NCBI GenBank assembly: GCA_049644665.1
Contig: JBARSI010000155.1
Location: forward strand, 4,888 to 68,887
Direction of reading: 5' to 3'
From: Anaerolineales bacterium
Lineage (GTDB): Bacteria > Chloroflexota > Anaerolineae > Anaerolineales > E44-bin32
DNA: 64,000 nt
Notes under the pieces: generated by a model
Seen by the model: the letters and a program-made list of their open reading frames with translations, nothing else
Database searches by the model: none
Told to the model about the DNA's origin: nothing
Program-made: the position numbers and the translations under genes
Part shown: positions 29,207 to 37,356 of the stretch, piece after piece
Layout of the letters: every line of letters starts with the position of its first letter
Numbering within the stretch: position 1 is the stretch's first letter

Positions 29207-29602
29207 TTTTGATGGTCTCCGGCGCGTGATCATATCAGCGCAGAAGATCACGGTCAAGACGGCAAGCAAACAATTGATTTCAGAGCATGAGAACTGAAGG
29301 GAAAGCGGGGTCCAGGTTTCCGCTTGCGCGAATACTATGATCGTTTATCCAGCTTGCGCACAAGTTGACTCCGAACATGCTCTCAGGGGTGGCATTGTTC
29401 TTGCATGATTCTCGCATGAATCGAAGGTAGTATCTTGTGTCAAGCGTCAAGAATCAAACCGAGATCGCTATGCCAGGATTCCTATTTGGATAATCTTTCA
29501 AAAGGCCCAGAATGTAGTGGCAGGGAAATTTCTCCGCTATGCCAGTTGAGCGACCGTTGGAAGTGAAGAATCTCGGTTATGCTTTAAGACGTGAGGTCTG
29601 GC

Positions 29603-29626
29603 GAGAATCTTCGTCGCTCCTCAGAA
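29603..29626. repeat. Isolated degenerate copy of the 14.8-kb palindromic repeat family
   Basis: gagaatcttcgtcgctcctcagaa compares with gagattcttcgtcgc(ttcg)ctcctcagaa at 14829. Confidence 0.5.
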
Positions 29627-29702
29627 GGAAAACACTCCGATATGCCCGAGTAGTTCAGTGGCGGGTTTGATTAAACGTCCGGTTGTTAAGGGAAGTATCT
29701 GA

Positions 29703-30800
29703 ATGAAGGTTAGATCGATATGCCGCTCTGCAATCATTGGCCTGTTATTTGGGTTAATGCTGGGTGCCTGTATGTCTCCCGGGGTCTCTCCTGAGGTGGA
29801 AAAACCCGAGACGAATACTGCACCAACGGCAACGTTGACGATTGAGCCGCTGGTGACCCCTCAGAGCGCAGAAGGAGCCCGACGGGAAGCTGCCATACCC
29901 GCCGCGCCGCGCCCCCCGGTTTTCCCGACGACAGCTCCAGAACCCGAAGTAACATGGCGGCCCCCGCCGTACCCTGTCCCCTGGGCCATTCAACCGGAGG
30001 ACCATTTTTTCTTCGGCCGTCCCATCCCTTCGGGGGAGGTCAATTGGCCAAACGCGCAATATCGGTACGGCAGCACACTATTGGGTGCGGAGAACATGCA
30101 CACAGGGGTCGACATGGGCGCAGAGCGGGGCACACAGGTATTGGCGGCCGGTCACGGCGAGGTAGTCTGGGCAGGGTATGGCCTGTACCGCGGGATTGAT
30201 GATCCTACGGACCCGTACGGTCTAGCGATAGCGGTTCGCCACGACTTCGGTTATAAGGGGCAAACACTCTACACTGTATATGCCCATTTAGGATCGATAT
30301 CAGTCTGGAGTGGCCAACGGGTGAAGATGGGAGATTTGCTGGGCACGGTAGGCGAAACGGGCCACGCTACTGGTCCTCACCTTCATTTTGAAATTCGACT
30401 GGGAGAGAATCGCTACTTCAGCACCCGCAACCCCGAGTTGTGGATAGTTCCCCCAGATGGCTGGGGAGCCCTGGCGGGCCGCGTGGAGAACTCCTTTGGC
30501 GGGGACCTTCGCGAGCAGTTGATCCAGATTCGGTCTCTAGAAACAGACCAGCGCTGGGACGTTTGGACGTATGCCGAAGGCACAGTACATCCGGACGATT
30601 TCTACAACGAGAATTTTGTGATCAGCGACCTCCCCGCAGGCCCATATGAGGTAAGAATTGATTTTGTTGGGCGACCGTTCACAGCGCAATTCCTGCTCCT
30701 GCCCGGCAGGGTAAATTTCCTGACCTTCCATGGGCGGGACGGTTTTGTGATCGAGCCGACGCCGACCCCGGTCGACTTGACCCGCCCTCCAGGCCCTTAG
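29703..30800 (+). CDS. M23 metalloendopeptidase lipoprotein
   Basis: Lipobox LMLGAC. M23 motifs HTGVDMGA and GPHLHFEIR. Confidence 0.8.
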   Translation: MKVRSICRSAIIGLLFGLMLGACMSPGVSPEVEKPETNTAPTATLTIEPLVTPQSAEGARREAAIPAAPRPPVFPTTAPEPEVTWRPPPYPVPWAIQPEDHFFFGRPIPSGEVNWPNAQYRYGSTLLGAENMHTGVDMGAERGTQVLAAGHGEVVWAGYGLYRGIDDPTDPYGLAIAVRHDFGYKGQTLYTVYAHLGSISVWSGQRVKMGDLLGTVGETGHATGPHLHFEIRLGENRYFSTRNPELWIVPPDGWGALAGRVENSFGGDLREQLIQIRSLETDQRWDVWTYAEGTVHPDDFYNENFVISDLPAGPYEVRIDFVGRPFTAQFLLLPGRVNFLTFHGRDGFVIEPTPTPVDLTRPPGP

Positions 30801-30961
30801 ACGGCAGACGGAGCACACCCCCCCGCCCGTAGCTTTCCGATACTCGAAATTCATCGATTAACATCAAGAAAACATCCGATAGACGCTTATGTATAATTAT
30901 TTTTGCAGGGATGGATGTCGCCATTGGTATGTGACACCCGTCACATTGTCAGGGCGACCTT

Positions 30962-31000
30962 TTGAGTTAATATAAGGGTACCCTAATTATAGGGTTCCCT
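30962..31000 (+). promoter_or_regulatory. Candidate promoter (TTGAGT ... ATTATA) overlapped by tandem AGGGTACCCT / AGGGTTCCCT dyads. This is a possible operator of the downstream DtxR-like regulator.
   Basis: A perfect 10-bp palindrome AGGGTACCCT (~30975-30984) is followed by a 6-bp AT spacer and the near-copy AGGGTTCCCT (~30991-31000). It lies about 40 nt upstream of ATG 31040. Confidence 0.3.
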
Positions 31001-31039
31001 CTTTTAGGGAGGTGGAGTTAATTGTTAAGGGGAAGCAGG

Positions 31040-31726
31040 ATGAAAGAGCTGCATGAGTTCGCCGAGAGCGAAGAGATGTATTTGAAGACAATTGCCGAGA
31101 TTTCTCGTCATGGAAATCTTGTTCCGGTTACAAATATCGCTGACCGGCTTCGTATCTCGACCGTTTCCGCAAGCGAAATGGTACACCGCCTGCAGGATCG
31201 CGGTTTGCTTGAGCACACACCATACAAGGGTGTGAGGCTGACGGCTGATGGCCGGGATCGGGCGAATGGCATACTGCGCCGACACCGCTTATGGGAATGC
31301 TTTTTGATGGAACACCTCGAGCTTCCTTGGAATCTGGTACACGATCTTGCCTGCAAATTAGAGCATGTTAGCGAGGATGTGTTGACGGATGCATTGGATG
31401 AGTTCCTTGGCCTCCCTTCTTTTTGCCCACATGGCAACCCCATCCCGCCCTCCCGTGGTGTCCTTGAAATTAGGGCGGCAACGCCGCTTTCTGATCTCGA
31501 TGTTGGACAGGAGGGAGTCGTCCTGTGTATCCGCGAGGAGGAAACTGAGATATTGAAGTATCTTGATGCTCGCACAGTCCGACCCGGAAGCCGGGTTCGA
31601 ATCGAGGAGATAGCACCGTATGATGGACCTCGCTCGGTCTTGGTGGGAGGAGAAAAGCAGGTTCTGGGCCGTGAGGTAGCAGAGCATATTCTCGTCGAGT
31701 TAGTGCACGAAAATGAAACGGAGTGA
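31040..31726 (+). CDS. DtxR/IdeR-family metal-dependent repressor with a C-terminal SH3/FeoA-like domain (Fe-type ligand set)
   Basis: The strings EEMYLKTIAEIS, RRHRLWECFL and VHDLACKLEHVS correspond to DtxR M10, H79, E83, H98, C102, E105 and H106. Confidence 0.8.
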   Translation: MKELHEFAESEEMYLKTIAEISRHGNLVPVTNIADRLRISTVSASEMVHRLQDRGLLEHTPYKGVRLTADGRDRANGILRRHRLWECFLMEHLELPWNLVHDLACKLEHVSEDVLTDALDEFLGLPSFCPHGNPIPPSRGVLEIRAATPLSDLDVGQEGVVLCIREEETEILKYLDARTVRPGSRVRIEEIAPYDGPRSVLVGGEKQVLGREVAEHILVELVHENETE

Positions 31727-31729
31727 CTT

Positions 31730-32149
31730 TTGAGCCCAGACACAGAACGCGAATATAAAATCAGACTTCTCGGCGATGTGCCATCTGGTGGTCGCGTGCG
31801 CATGGTTGGGTTTGCGCGCCATGGCAGGAGATCTCGGCGCCTGGCAGAAATGGGAATTAACCCTGGTACTGAAATCACGGTTATTCAGGCGGATCCCGGG
31901 CAACCGCTGTTGCTGAGGGTGCGCGGATCACAGTTGGCGATTGATCGCATGGTAGCTAATCATTTACTCGTCGTCCCTCTGGAGGCGATGCCTAAATTGT
32001 TACATGGGTGGAGGGGCTGGCACCGCCGCGGCCGCGGGGGTGGTCCAAGAGGGCGCGGGTGGAGAAGCGGCCGACCTCGAAGGGGGAGAAATAAAGCATT
32101 CCATGATGTTGCCCCGCTGCGAGCCGATAGAGATGAAGATGAAGCGTAA
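31730..32149 (+). CDS. feoA: FeoA-domain protein with a 55-aa Arg/Gly-rich C-terminal tail
   Basis: TTG start. FeoA fold string VRMVGFARHGRRSRRLAEMGINPGTEITVIQADPGQPLLLRVRGSQLAIDRMVANHLLV. There is no stop until 32149. Confidence 0.65.
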   Translation: MSPDTEREYKIRLLGDVPSGGRVRMVGFARHGRRSRRLAEMGINPGTEITVIQADPGQPLLLRVRGSQLAIDRMVANHLLVVPLEAMPKLLHGWRGWHRRGRGGGPRGRGWRSGRPRRGRNKAFHDVAPLRADRDEDEA

Positions 32150-32681
32150 TGCGGATCTAATAATTGCTTTGGCCGGCAACCCAAATGCCGGAAAAACCAC
32201 GGTATTTAATCGACTCACCGGCTCGCGGCAGCATACCGGGAACTGGCCCGGAAAAACGATTGAACGGAAAAGCGGGCGATACAAGCACGCCGGCTTGTCG
32301 ATAGAGGTCGTTGACCTTCCGGGGACGTACAGTCTGGCGGCGTATTCCGAAGAGGAGATTGTGGCGCGCGATTTTCTACTTGAGGGACAATCGGACGCCG
32401 TTGTGGTCGTGGTAGACGCCTCAAATCTTGAGCGAAACTTATATCTTGTAGTGCAGATCCTTGAGTTGCAGCTTCCAGTCCTCGTAGCTTTGAACATGAC
32501 GGATATGGCAGAGATGATTGGTTTCGAGATTGATGTCGAAAAAATGTCAGATGGGCTGGGCGGTGTCCCGGTGATCCGAATGGCAGCCGCTCGCGGGATG
32601 GGGATTGAAGAATTGAAAGAAGCGATACTCCTTTACACGAAAGAACAAGTCATAAACCCTTCGCCGGACCCGATTGTATGA
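32133..32681 (+). CDS. feoB: FeoB N-terminal GTPase domain as a stand-alone ORF
   Basis: G1 is GNPNAGKT, G3 is DLPG and G4 is NMTD. Ends with an ATGA overlap onto the next ORF. The start is ambiguous (32103, 32133 or 32139). Confidence 0.8.
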   Translation: MKMKRNADLIIALAGNPNAGKTTVFNRLTGSRQHTGNWPGKTIERKSGRYKHAGLSIEVVDLPGTYSLAAYSEEEIVARDFLLEGQSDAVVVVVDASNLERNLYLVVQILELQLPVLVALNMTDMAEMIGFEIDVEKMSDGLGGVPVIRMAAARGMGIEELKEAILLYTKEQVINPSPDPIV

Positions 32682-34378
32682 CGAACCCTGACTCCAAACC
32701 TGCTTTTCAGATCGATTATGGACTTGTGATCGAGCCTGAAATTGAGAAACTGAGAGCGCTCATTGAAGAGCGCTTCGTGCTCCCGGATCAAATTAAATCG
32801 CGCTGGCTTGCTGTAAAGGCGCTTGAAGGGGAGACAGATCTTCTCGAGCACTTTCTCGGTGTCGAAGATGCCCGTGTTGTACTCGCACAGGTTCATACGA
32901 TCCGCAAGCGGCTCGAGGCGCAGATCCCCGAAGGGCTGGAGATTGCCATTGCTGACGGCCGCTATGAGCGTGTGGGTAGGATTGTGGAACATTCACTTAC
33001 GCGCCCTAAGGAACCTGCCCACTCGCGCGCAGAGCAGGCAGACCGGATTGTCACTCATCCGTGGTTGGGAATCCCGATATTTATGGTCGTGATGTATCTG
33101 GTCTTCAGCCTGGTTGTGAACGTATCAGAGCCGTACCTGGAGTGGATCGACGCGGTTATTTCGGGGCCGATTTCAAGCTGGGCAGGAGCTTTGCTTTCTC
33201 TAATTGGTGCCTCCACCTGGTTGCGTGGGTTAATCCTGGATGGCGCGATTGCGGGCGTCGGTGGTGTTCTGATTTTTGTCCCAGGTCTCGTGGTTTTGTT
33301 TGCTTTCATCGGTCTACTAGAGGATAGCGGGTATTTGGCCCGTATAGCGTTTGTGATGAATCGCTTCCTCGCATTCTTGGGCCTAAACGGTAAGAGCTTT
33401 GTGCCATTAATTCTTGGCTTTGGCTGTGCGGTCCCAGGGATTTATGCCACGCGAACGCTGGAGGGACGCCGTGACCGTTTACTCACGGCGTTGCTGGTGC
33501 CGTTGATGTCGTGCTCGGCGCGGCTTCCTGTGTATGTTGTGTTTGGGATGGCTTTCTTCGGCCGAAGCGCGGATCGGGTCATATGGGGTTTATACGCGCT
33601 CGGAATTGCAATGGCGGTCTTGTTGGGTTTTCTATACTCGCGCACGTTGCTTCGATCTTCTGAAGAGATGGCTTTCCTGATGGAGTTGCCCTCTTATCGC
33701 CTGCCAAGAGTGAGCAATTTGTGGATCCATGTCTCGCTGAGGACGGGCGAATTTCTGCGCAACGCAGGGACATTAATCCTGGCTGCATCTCTGGCTGTAT
33801 GGCTGCTTCTGAACGTTCCGCCTAAAGCTACAGAATTAGAGCAGAGCGCATTTGGGAAAGTCAGCGGTTTTGTCGCCCCCGTGCTGAAACCAACGGGTTT
33901 TGGGACCTGGGAGGCTTCAGGATCGCTATTAACAGGCATGGTCGCCAAAGAGCTTGTGATCGCGACGATGACACAGATCTATCTGGATGAGCCCGGAGAG
34001 AGCGAAGCAGAAAGTGAGATCGATCCGTTTCAGGACCTGGTAGATATTGGAAGGGGCTTTGTCGGGGCTACTATTCGCGCAGGGGAGCGGTTATTGGACA
34101 CCCTCACTCCCGGGGTCCAACTCTTTGGAGGCGAAGGCGAGAGAGAAGAAGAGGGTACGGCACTCAGTTTTGTATTACACGAGTCCTTCACCCCTCTTTC
34201 CGCTCTGGCGTTCATCGTATTCGTCTCGCTTTACACGCCCTGCATGGCCACGCTGGGGGCCATCCGCGCGGAATTCGGTGGGTGGTGGGCGGTCTTTTCC
34301 GCGGTAAGCCAGACCGGGATGGCCTGGCTTGTAGCGACGCTTATTTTTCAACTGGGCCATTTGTTAGGTTTTTCCTAA
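32678..34378 (+). CDS. feoB: FeoB helical (GDI-like) domain plus membrane domain
   Basis: About 10 helices with the Gate motifs GFGCAVPGIYATRTL and LYTPCMATLGAI. Confidence 0.85.
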   Translation: MTNPDSKPAFQIDYGLVIEPEIEKLRALIEERFVLPDQIKSRWLAVKALEGETDLLEHFLGVEDARVVLAQVHTIRKRLEAQIPEGLEIAIADGRYERVGRIVEHSLTRPKEPAHSRAEQADRIVTHPWLGIPIFMVVMYLVFSLVVNVSEPYLEWIDAVISGPISSWAGALLSLIGASTWLRGLILDGAIAGVGGVLIFVPGLVVLFAFIGLLEDSGYLARIAFVMNRFLAFLGLNGKSFVPLILGFGCAVPGIYATRTLEGRRDRLLTALLVPLMSCSARLPVYVVFGMAFFGRSADRVIWGLYALGIAMAVLLGFLYSRTLLRSSEEMAFLMELPSYRLPRVSNLWIHVSLRTGEFLRNAGTLILAASLAVWLLLNVPPKATELEQSAFGKVSGFVAPVLKPTGFGTWEASGSLLTGMVAKELVIATMTQIYLDEPGESEAESEIDPFQDLVDIGRGFVGATIRAGERLLDTLTPGVQLFGGEGEREEEGTALSFVLHESFTPLSALAFIVFVSLYTPCMATLGAIRAEFGGWWAVFSAVSQTGMAWLVATLIFQLGHLLGFS

Positions 34379-34398
34379 GCGAGGAACAGAAAGAATCT

Positions 34399-34698
34399 AT
34401 GCTGGCACAAATCCTGGCGGAATTTGATCGCGAACGAAGCCCTCTATCGAGCCGTGAGTTGGCAAGTGTGCTCGGCAAAGACCTCGCAGCAATTGAGGGA
34501 ATGCTTGAAACGCTGGTGAGGTCAGGACGGTTGGTGGAACTGGGGAATGATGGACCCTGTGATAAATGTCCAGCACAAGGTCTTTGTATTGTTCTCCCAC
34601 TTGAGGGGCGCCGATTTTACCTTGTGCCGCACGAAGGGACGGAGATCCTCGAAGAACACGGATATTGTTGGGAAGCAAGAGATCGAGGAAGGGCATAG
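34399..34698 (+). CDS. feoC: FeoC-like small winged-helix protein with a Cys cluster
   Basis: MLAQILAEFDRERSPLSSRELASVLGKDLAAIEGMLETLVRSGRLV followed by GPCDKCPAQGLC. SD gaggaaca lies upstream of ATG 34399. Confidence 0.6.
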   Translation: MLAQILAEFDRERSPLSSRELASVLGKDLAAIEGMLETLVRSGRLVELGNDGPCDKCPAQGLCIVLPLEGRRFYLVPHEGTEILEEHGYCWEARDRGRA

Positions 34699-35459
34699 TG
34701 AACCTGTATTCTTGGAACGTTAACGGCATACGCGCGGCCCAGAAGAAGGGATTCTTGGAATGGGTGACCAAGACGCGCCCTGATGTGATTTGCCTCCAGG
34801 AGACAAAGGCGCAACCCGAGCAACTGGATCAAACTTTGCTCGAGCCAGAGGGCTACAAATCTTATTGGGCATCGGCAGAACGCAAAGGGTACAGCGGGGT
34901 CGCTCTGTATACCCGAATTGAACCGATGAGTGTGCAGGTGGGCCTTAGGATAGAGGAGTTCGACCGCGAGGGCCGAACCATCCTGGCAGATTACGATGAT
35001 TTTGTCCTGCTGACGACCTATGTTCCTAACGGCTCCCGCGACCACAGTCGGGTTCCTTTCAAAATGGCATATAAAAAGGCGCTGCTCGATACTTGCAACG
35101 CCCTGCGATCCGAAGGCCGCAGCGTAATATTCTGTGGTGATATCAACACGGCTCATCGCGAGATAGACCTGGCGCGCCCCAAACAGAACCAGAAATCGAC
35201 CGGCTTCCTCCCCGTCGAGAGGGAGTGGATCGATGCCGTCGTCGAACAAGGCTACATCGACACCTTCCGCGAACAGCACCCCGAGCGTGCCGCGTATAGC
35301 TGGTGGGCTTATTGGGGCGGAGCGCGCGAGCGCGATGTGGGTTGGCGGCTGGACTACTTCTTCGTCACCGCGGATCTCGCAGAAAATATTATCTCCGCTG
35401 AAATACATCTTGACGTCCTTGGCTCGGATCATTGCCCGGTCAGCCTGACGCTCCGTTGA
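34698..35459 (+). CDS. xth: Exodeoxyribonuclease III
   Basis: Contains NVNGIRA, CLQETK, GDINTAHREIDL and SDHCPV. GTG 34698 overlaps the feoC stop by 1 nt and follows GAGGAAGGG. Confidence 0.9.
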   Translation: MNLYSWNVNGIRAAQKKGFLEWVTKTRPDVICLQETKAQPEQLDQTLLEPEGYKSYWASAERKGYSGVALYTRIEPMSVQVGLRIEEFDREGRTILADYDDFVLLTTYVPNGSRDHSRVPFKMAYKKALLDTCNALRSEGRSVIFCGDINTAHREIDLARPKQNQKSTGFLPVEREWIDAVVEQGYIDTFREQHPERAAYSWWAYWGGARERDVGWRLDYFFVTADLAENIISAEIHLDVLGSDHCPVSLTLR

Positions 35460-35534
35460 TGTACGATCTGGGTTAAACGGTCTTCTCCCTCGATCGAGTT
35501 ACCCCTTATTCCCCAAAATAGATTGCACCCGCTC

Positions 35535-35586
35535 TTGACAGACGCACACTTTAATGCAAGATAGTAGTTAGTAGACGAACTACTAT
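35535..35586 (+). promoter_or_regulatory. Candidate promoter (TTGACA -35) with a perfect 9-bp inverted repeat, ATAGTAGTT-N8-AACTACTAT, over the -10/TSS region
   Basis: TTGACA lies at ~35535-35540. The dyad lies at ~35561-35586, 17 nt upstream of the trmB-like ATG. Confidence 0.45.
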
Positions 35587-35602
35587 TCTGGGCGAGGCGG
35601 AT

Positions 35603-36406
35603 ATGGATCTGGTTGCTGAGTTAAATAGCATTGGTTTTACAGAATCTGAGGCGAAGGTGTACCTCGTATTGCTGCGCAACAACCCGGCCACGGGCTATCA
35701 ATTAAGTAAAGTGTCTGGTGTGCCGCGCTCGATGGTGTATGAGGCCCTCGGCCGCCTTGACGCGCGTGGTGCAGTGTTGAAATCTGCCGAGGCGAAAGCC
35801 ACGCTCTATCGTCCCCTCCCTCCGGAGGCCTTGTTAGAGAGCGTGAACATGGAGCACCACAGAAAGATGCAGTCGCTTTCAGGCGGCCTCTCTCGCATCT
35901 ATGAAACCGGATCGGGGGATCTTCTCTGGACGATTACGGGAGAGACTTCAGCGATCTCCTATGCCGCCGATATGATTCAATCGGCACAGACCGAGTTAAT
36001 GCTTGTGCTCTCTGACCCGGGGTTGATGGAACTTCAAGATGTGGTGCAGGTTGCATGCGATCGCGGTGTTCGCGTAAGTGCTTTGCTCACGGGCGACCTT
36101 AAGTTGGGGTGCGGAGAGGTGGCGTACCACCCGCCGCATGAGAGTGAGCTGCAGGAATTAACCGACACCATTGTTGTGGTGGCAGATGAGCAGGAAGCTT
36201 TGATTGCCAGCGGGAACGAAGAGATGAGCGCCACGGTCACAACCAATCGCAACCTGGTCTTGATCGCCCGCCAATTTGTCTGGATGGAATTGTTTGCTCA
36301 GCGAATCTACTCTCGCCTTGATAAGGATTTGATTGCCAAATTAAACCCAGAGGACCAAAAGCTAATTAATGGATTCGCACCAGTGATGGGAAAGCGGGTG
36401 GGCTGA
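35603..36406 (+). CDS. TrmB-family transcriptional regulator
   Basis: N-terminal HTH LNSIGFTESEAKVYLVLLRNNPATGYQLSKVSGVPRSMVYEALGRLDARGAV, plus a TrmB-type C-terminal domain. Confidence 0.8.
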   Translation: MDLVAELNSIGFTESEAKVYLVLLRNNPATGYQLSKVSGVPRSMVYEALGRLDARGAVLKSAEAKATLYRPLPPEALLESVNMEHHRKMQSLSGGLSRIYETGSGDLLWTITGETSAISYAADMIQSAQTELMLVLSDPGLMELQDVVQVACDRGVRVSALLTGDLKLGCGEVAYHPPHESELQELTDTIVVVADEQEALIASGNEEMSATVTTNRNLVLIARQFVWMELFAQRIYSRLDKDLIAKLNPEDQKLINGFAPVMGKRVG

Positions 36407-36407
36407 A

Positions 36408-37157
36408 ATGGAAGCATCCCTATTAAATGCCTTCTGGGCGGCAGTGATCACCACGTTGGCGACGGGGCTTGGCGGGTTGCCCTTCGTCTTTATGCGCCGT
36501 TTTCCTGCCCGGCTTGCTCACTTGGCATGGGCAGTCGCCGGCGGGATGATGCTTGCGGCGTCTGTTTTTAACCTGATCTTCCCCGGGATCGAGGATGGTG
36601 GATTCAACATCGTAGCCGTCGGCATGCTCGCTGGAGCCCTGATCTTCGGCCTGGCCTCGCGGCGGATAGCGCACCACGATTTTACAATAAGCGGGGTGAG
36701 CGGCGCGGGAGGGAATCGCATCGCTCTGGTTCTTGGGACAATGTTCTTCCACAGCTTTCCCGAAGGCCTGGCGGTAGGCGTAGCTTTCGGATCGGGGGAA
36801 ACCCACCTGGGCATAATCATCACTATCGCCATCGCAATTCACAACATACCCGAGGGAATTGCGGTCTCACTGCCGCTGCGCGCCGAGGGGGTCAGCGGCT
36901 GGAAGTGTGTCGGCTGGTCAATATTCTCGAGCTTGCCTCAGCCGATAGCGGTGATTCCAGCCTACCTGGCCGTGGTTGCATTTCGACCGATTCTTCCCTT
37001 CGCCTTTGGTTTCGCAGCCGGGGCGATGTTCTTTCTCGTCCTCAGCGAGATGATCCCGGAGAGCCTGGCCAGCGATGTGCAGCGGCAAACGAGCGCGCTG
37101 GCAGCAATGGGCGGATTCATCGCCATGATGCTCTTTCAGAACGTATTCATTATGTGA
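36408..37157 (+). CDS. zupT: ZIP-family divalent metal transporter (ZupT-like)
   Basis: Contains HSFPEGLAVG and HNIPEGIAV, with 8 helices. Starts 1 nt after the regulator's stop. Confidence 0.85.
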   Translation: MEASLLNAFWAAVITTLATGLGGLPFVFMRRFPARLAHLAWAVAGGMMLAASVFNLIFPGIEDGGFNIVAVGMLAGALIFGLASRRIAHHDFTISGVSGAGGNRIALVLGTMFFHSFPEGLAVGVAFGSGETHLGIIITIAIAIHNIPEGIAVSLPLRAEGVSGWKCVGWSIFSSLPQPIAVIPAYLAVVAFRPILPFAFGFAAGAMFFLVLSEMIPESLASDVQRQTSALAAMGGFIAMMLFQNVFIM

Positions 37158-37170
37158 TCCTGTCCTCCTC

Positions 37171-37200
37171 TTGTAATTTAGTTTCAACTAATATTATAAT
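37171..37200 (+). promoter_or_regulatory. Sigma-70-type promoter (TTGTAA-N18-TATAAT) with the inverted repeat TTAGTT-tc-AACTAA in the spacer
   Basis: The repeat sits at ~37178-37191, between the -35 (37171-76) and the -10 (37195-200). The leader to ATG 37357 is about 150 nt. Confidence 0.5.
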
Positions 37201-37356
37201 AAGGCCATACTTAATTCTCGAATTGGTTGATCCGCTTCACCATGTTGAGAATCTCCACAGGACCACCCGCGCTCAGGGCGTTAAGGGGCACGGAGGGATT
37301 CTTACAGGGGTTGGCCACGAGGCAGGGAATGTGTTCCGAAAGGAAACGAGAGCGGT

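Noticed and set aside
29641-29690. tRNA-like string (gcccgagtagttcagtggcggg…)
   Set aside because: It resembles a D-arm, but no anticodon stem, T-arm (GTTCRANNC) or acceptor pairing can be drawn.
31108-31878. 256-aa ORF on the minus strand covering the DtxR-like and feoA genes
   Set aside because: It is Arg/Ser/Pro-rich and low in complexity, with no motif. It is fully antisense to genes with strong family signatures. This is a typical stop-poor antisense frame of GC-rich coding DNA.
34617-35432. 271-aa minus-strand ORF almost exactly antisense to xth
   Set aside because: The plus-strand frame carries all the exonuclease III catalytic motifs (NVNGIRA, QETK, GDINTAH, SDHCP). The antisense product has no recognisable features.
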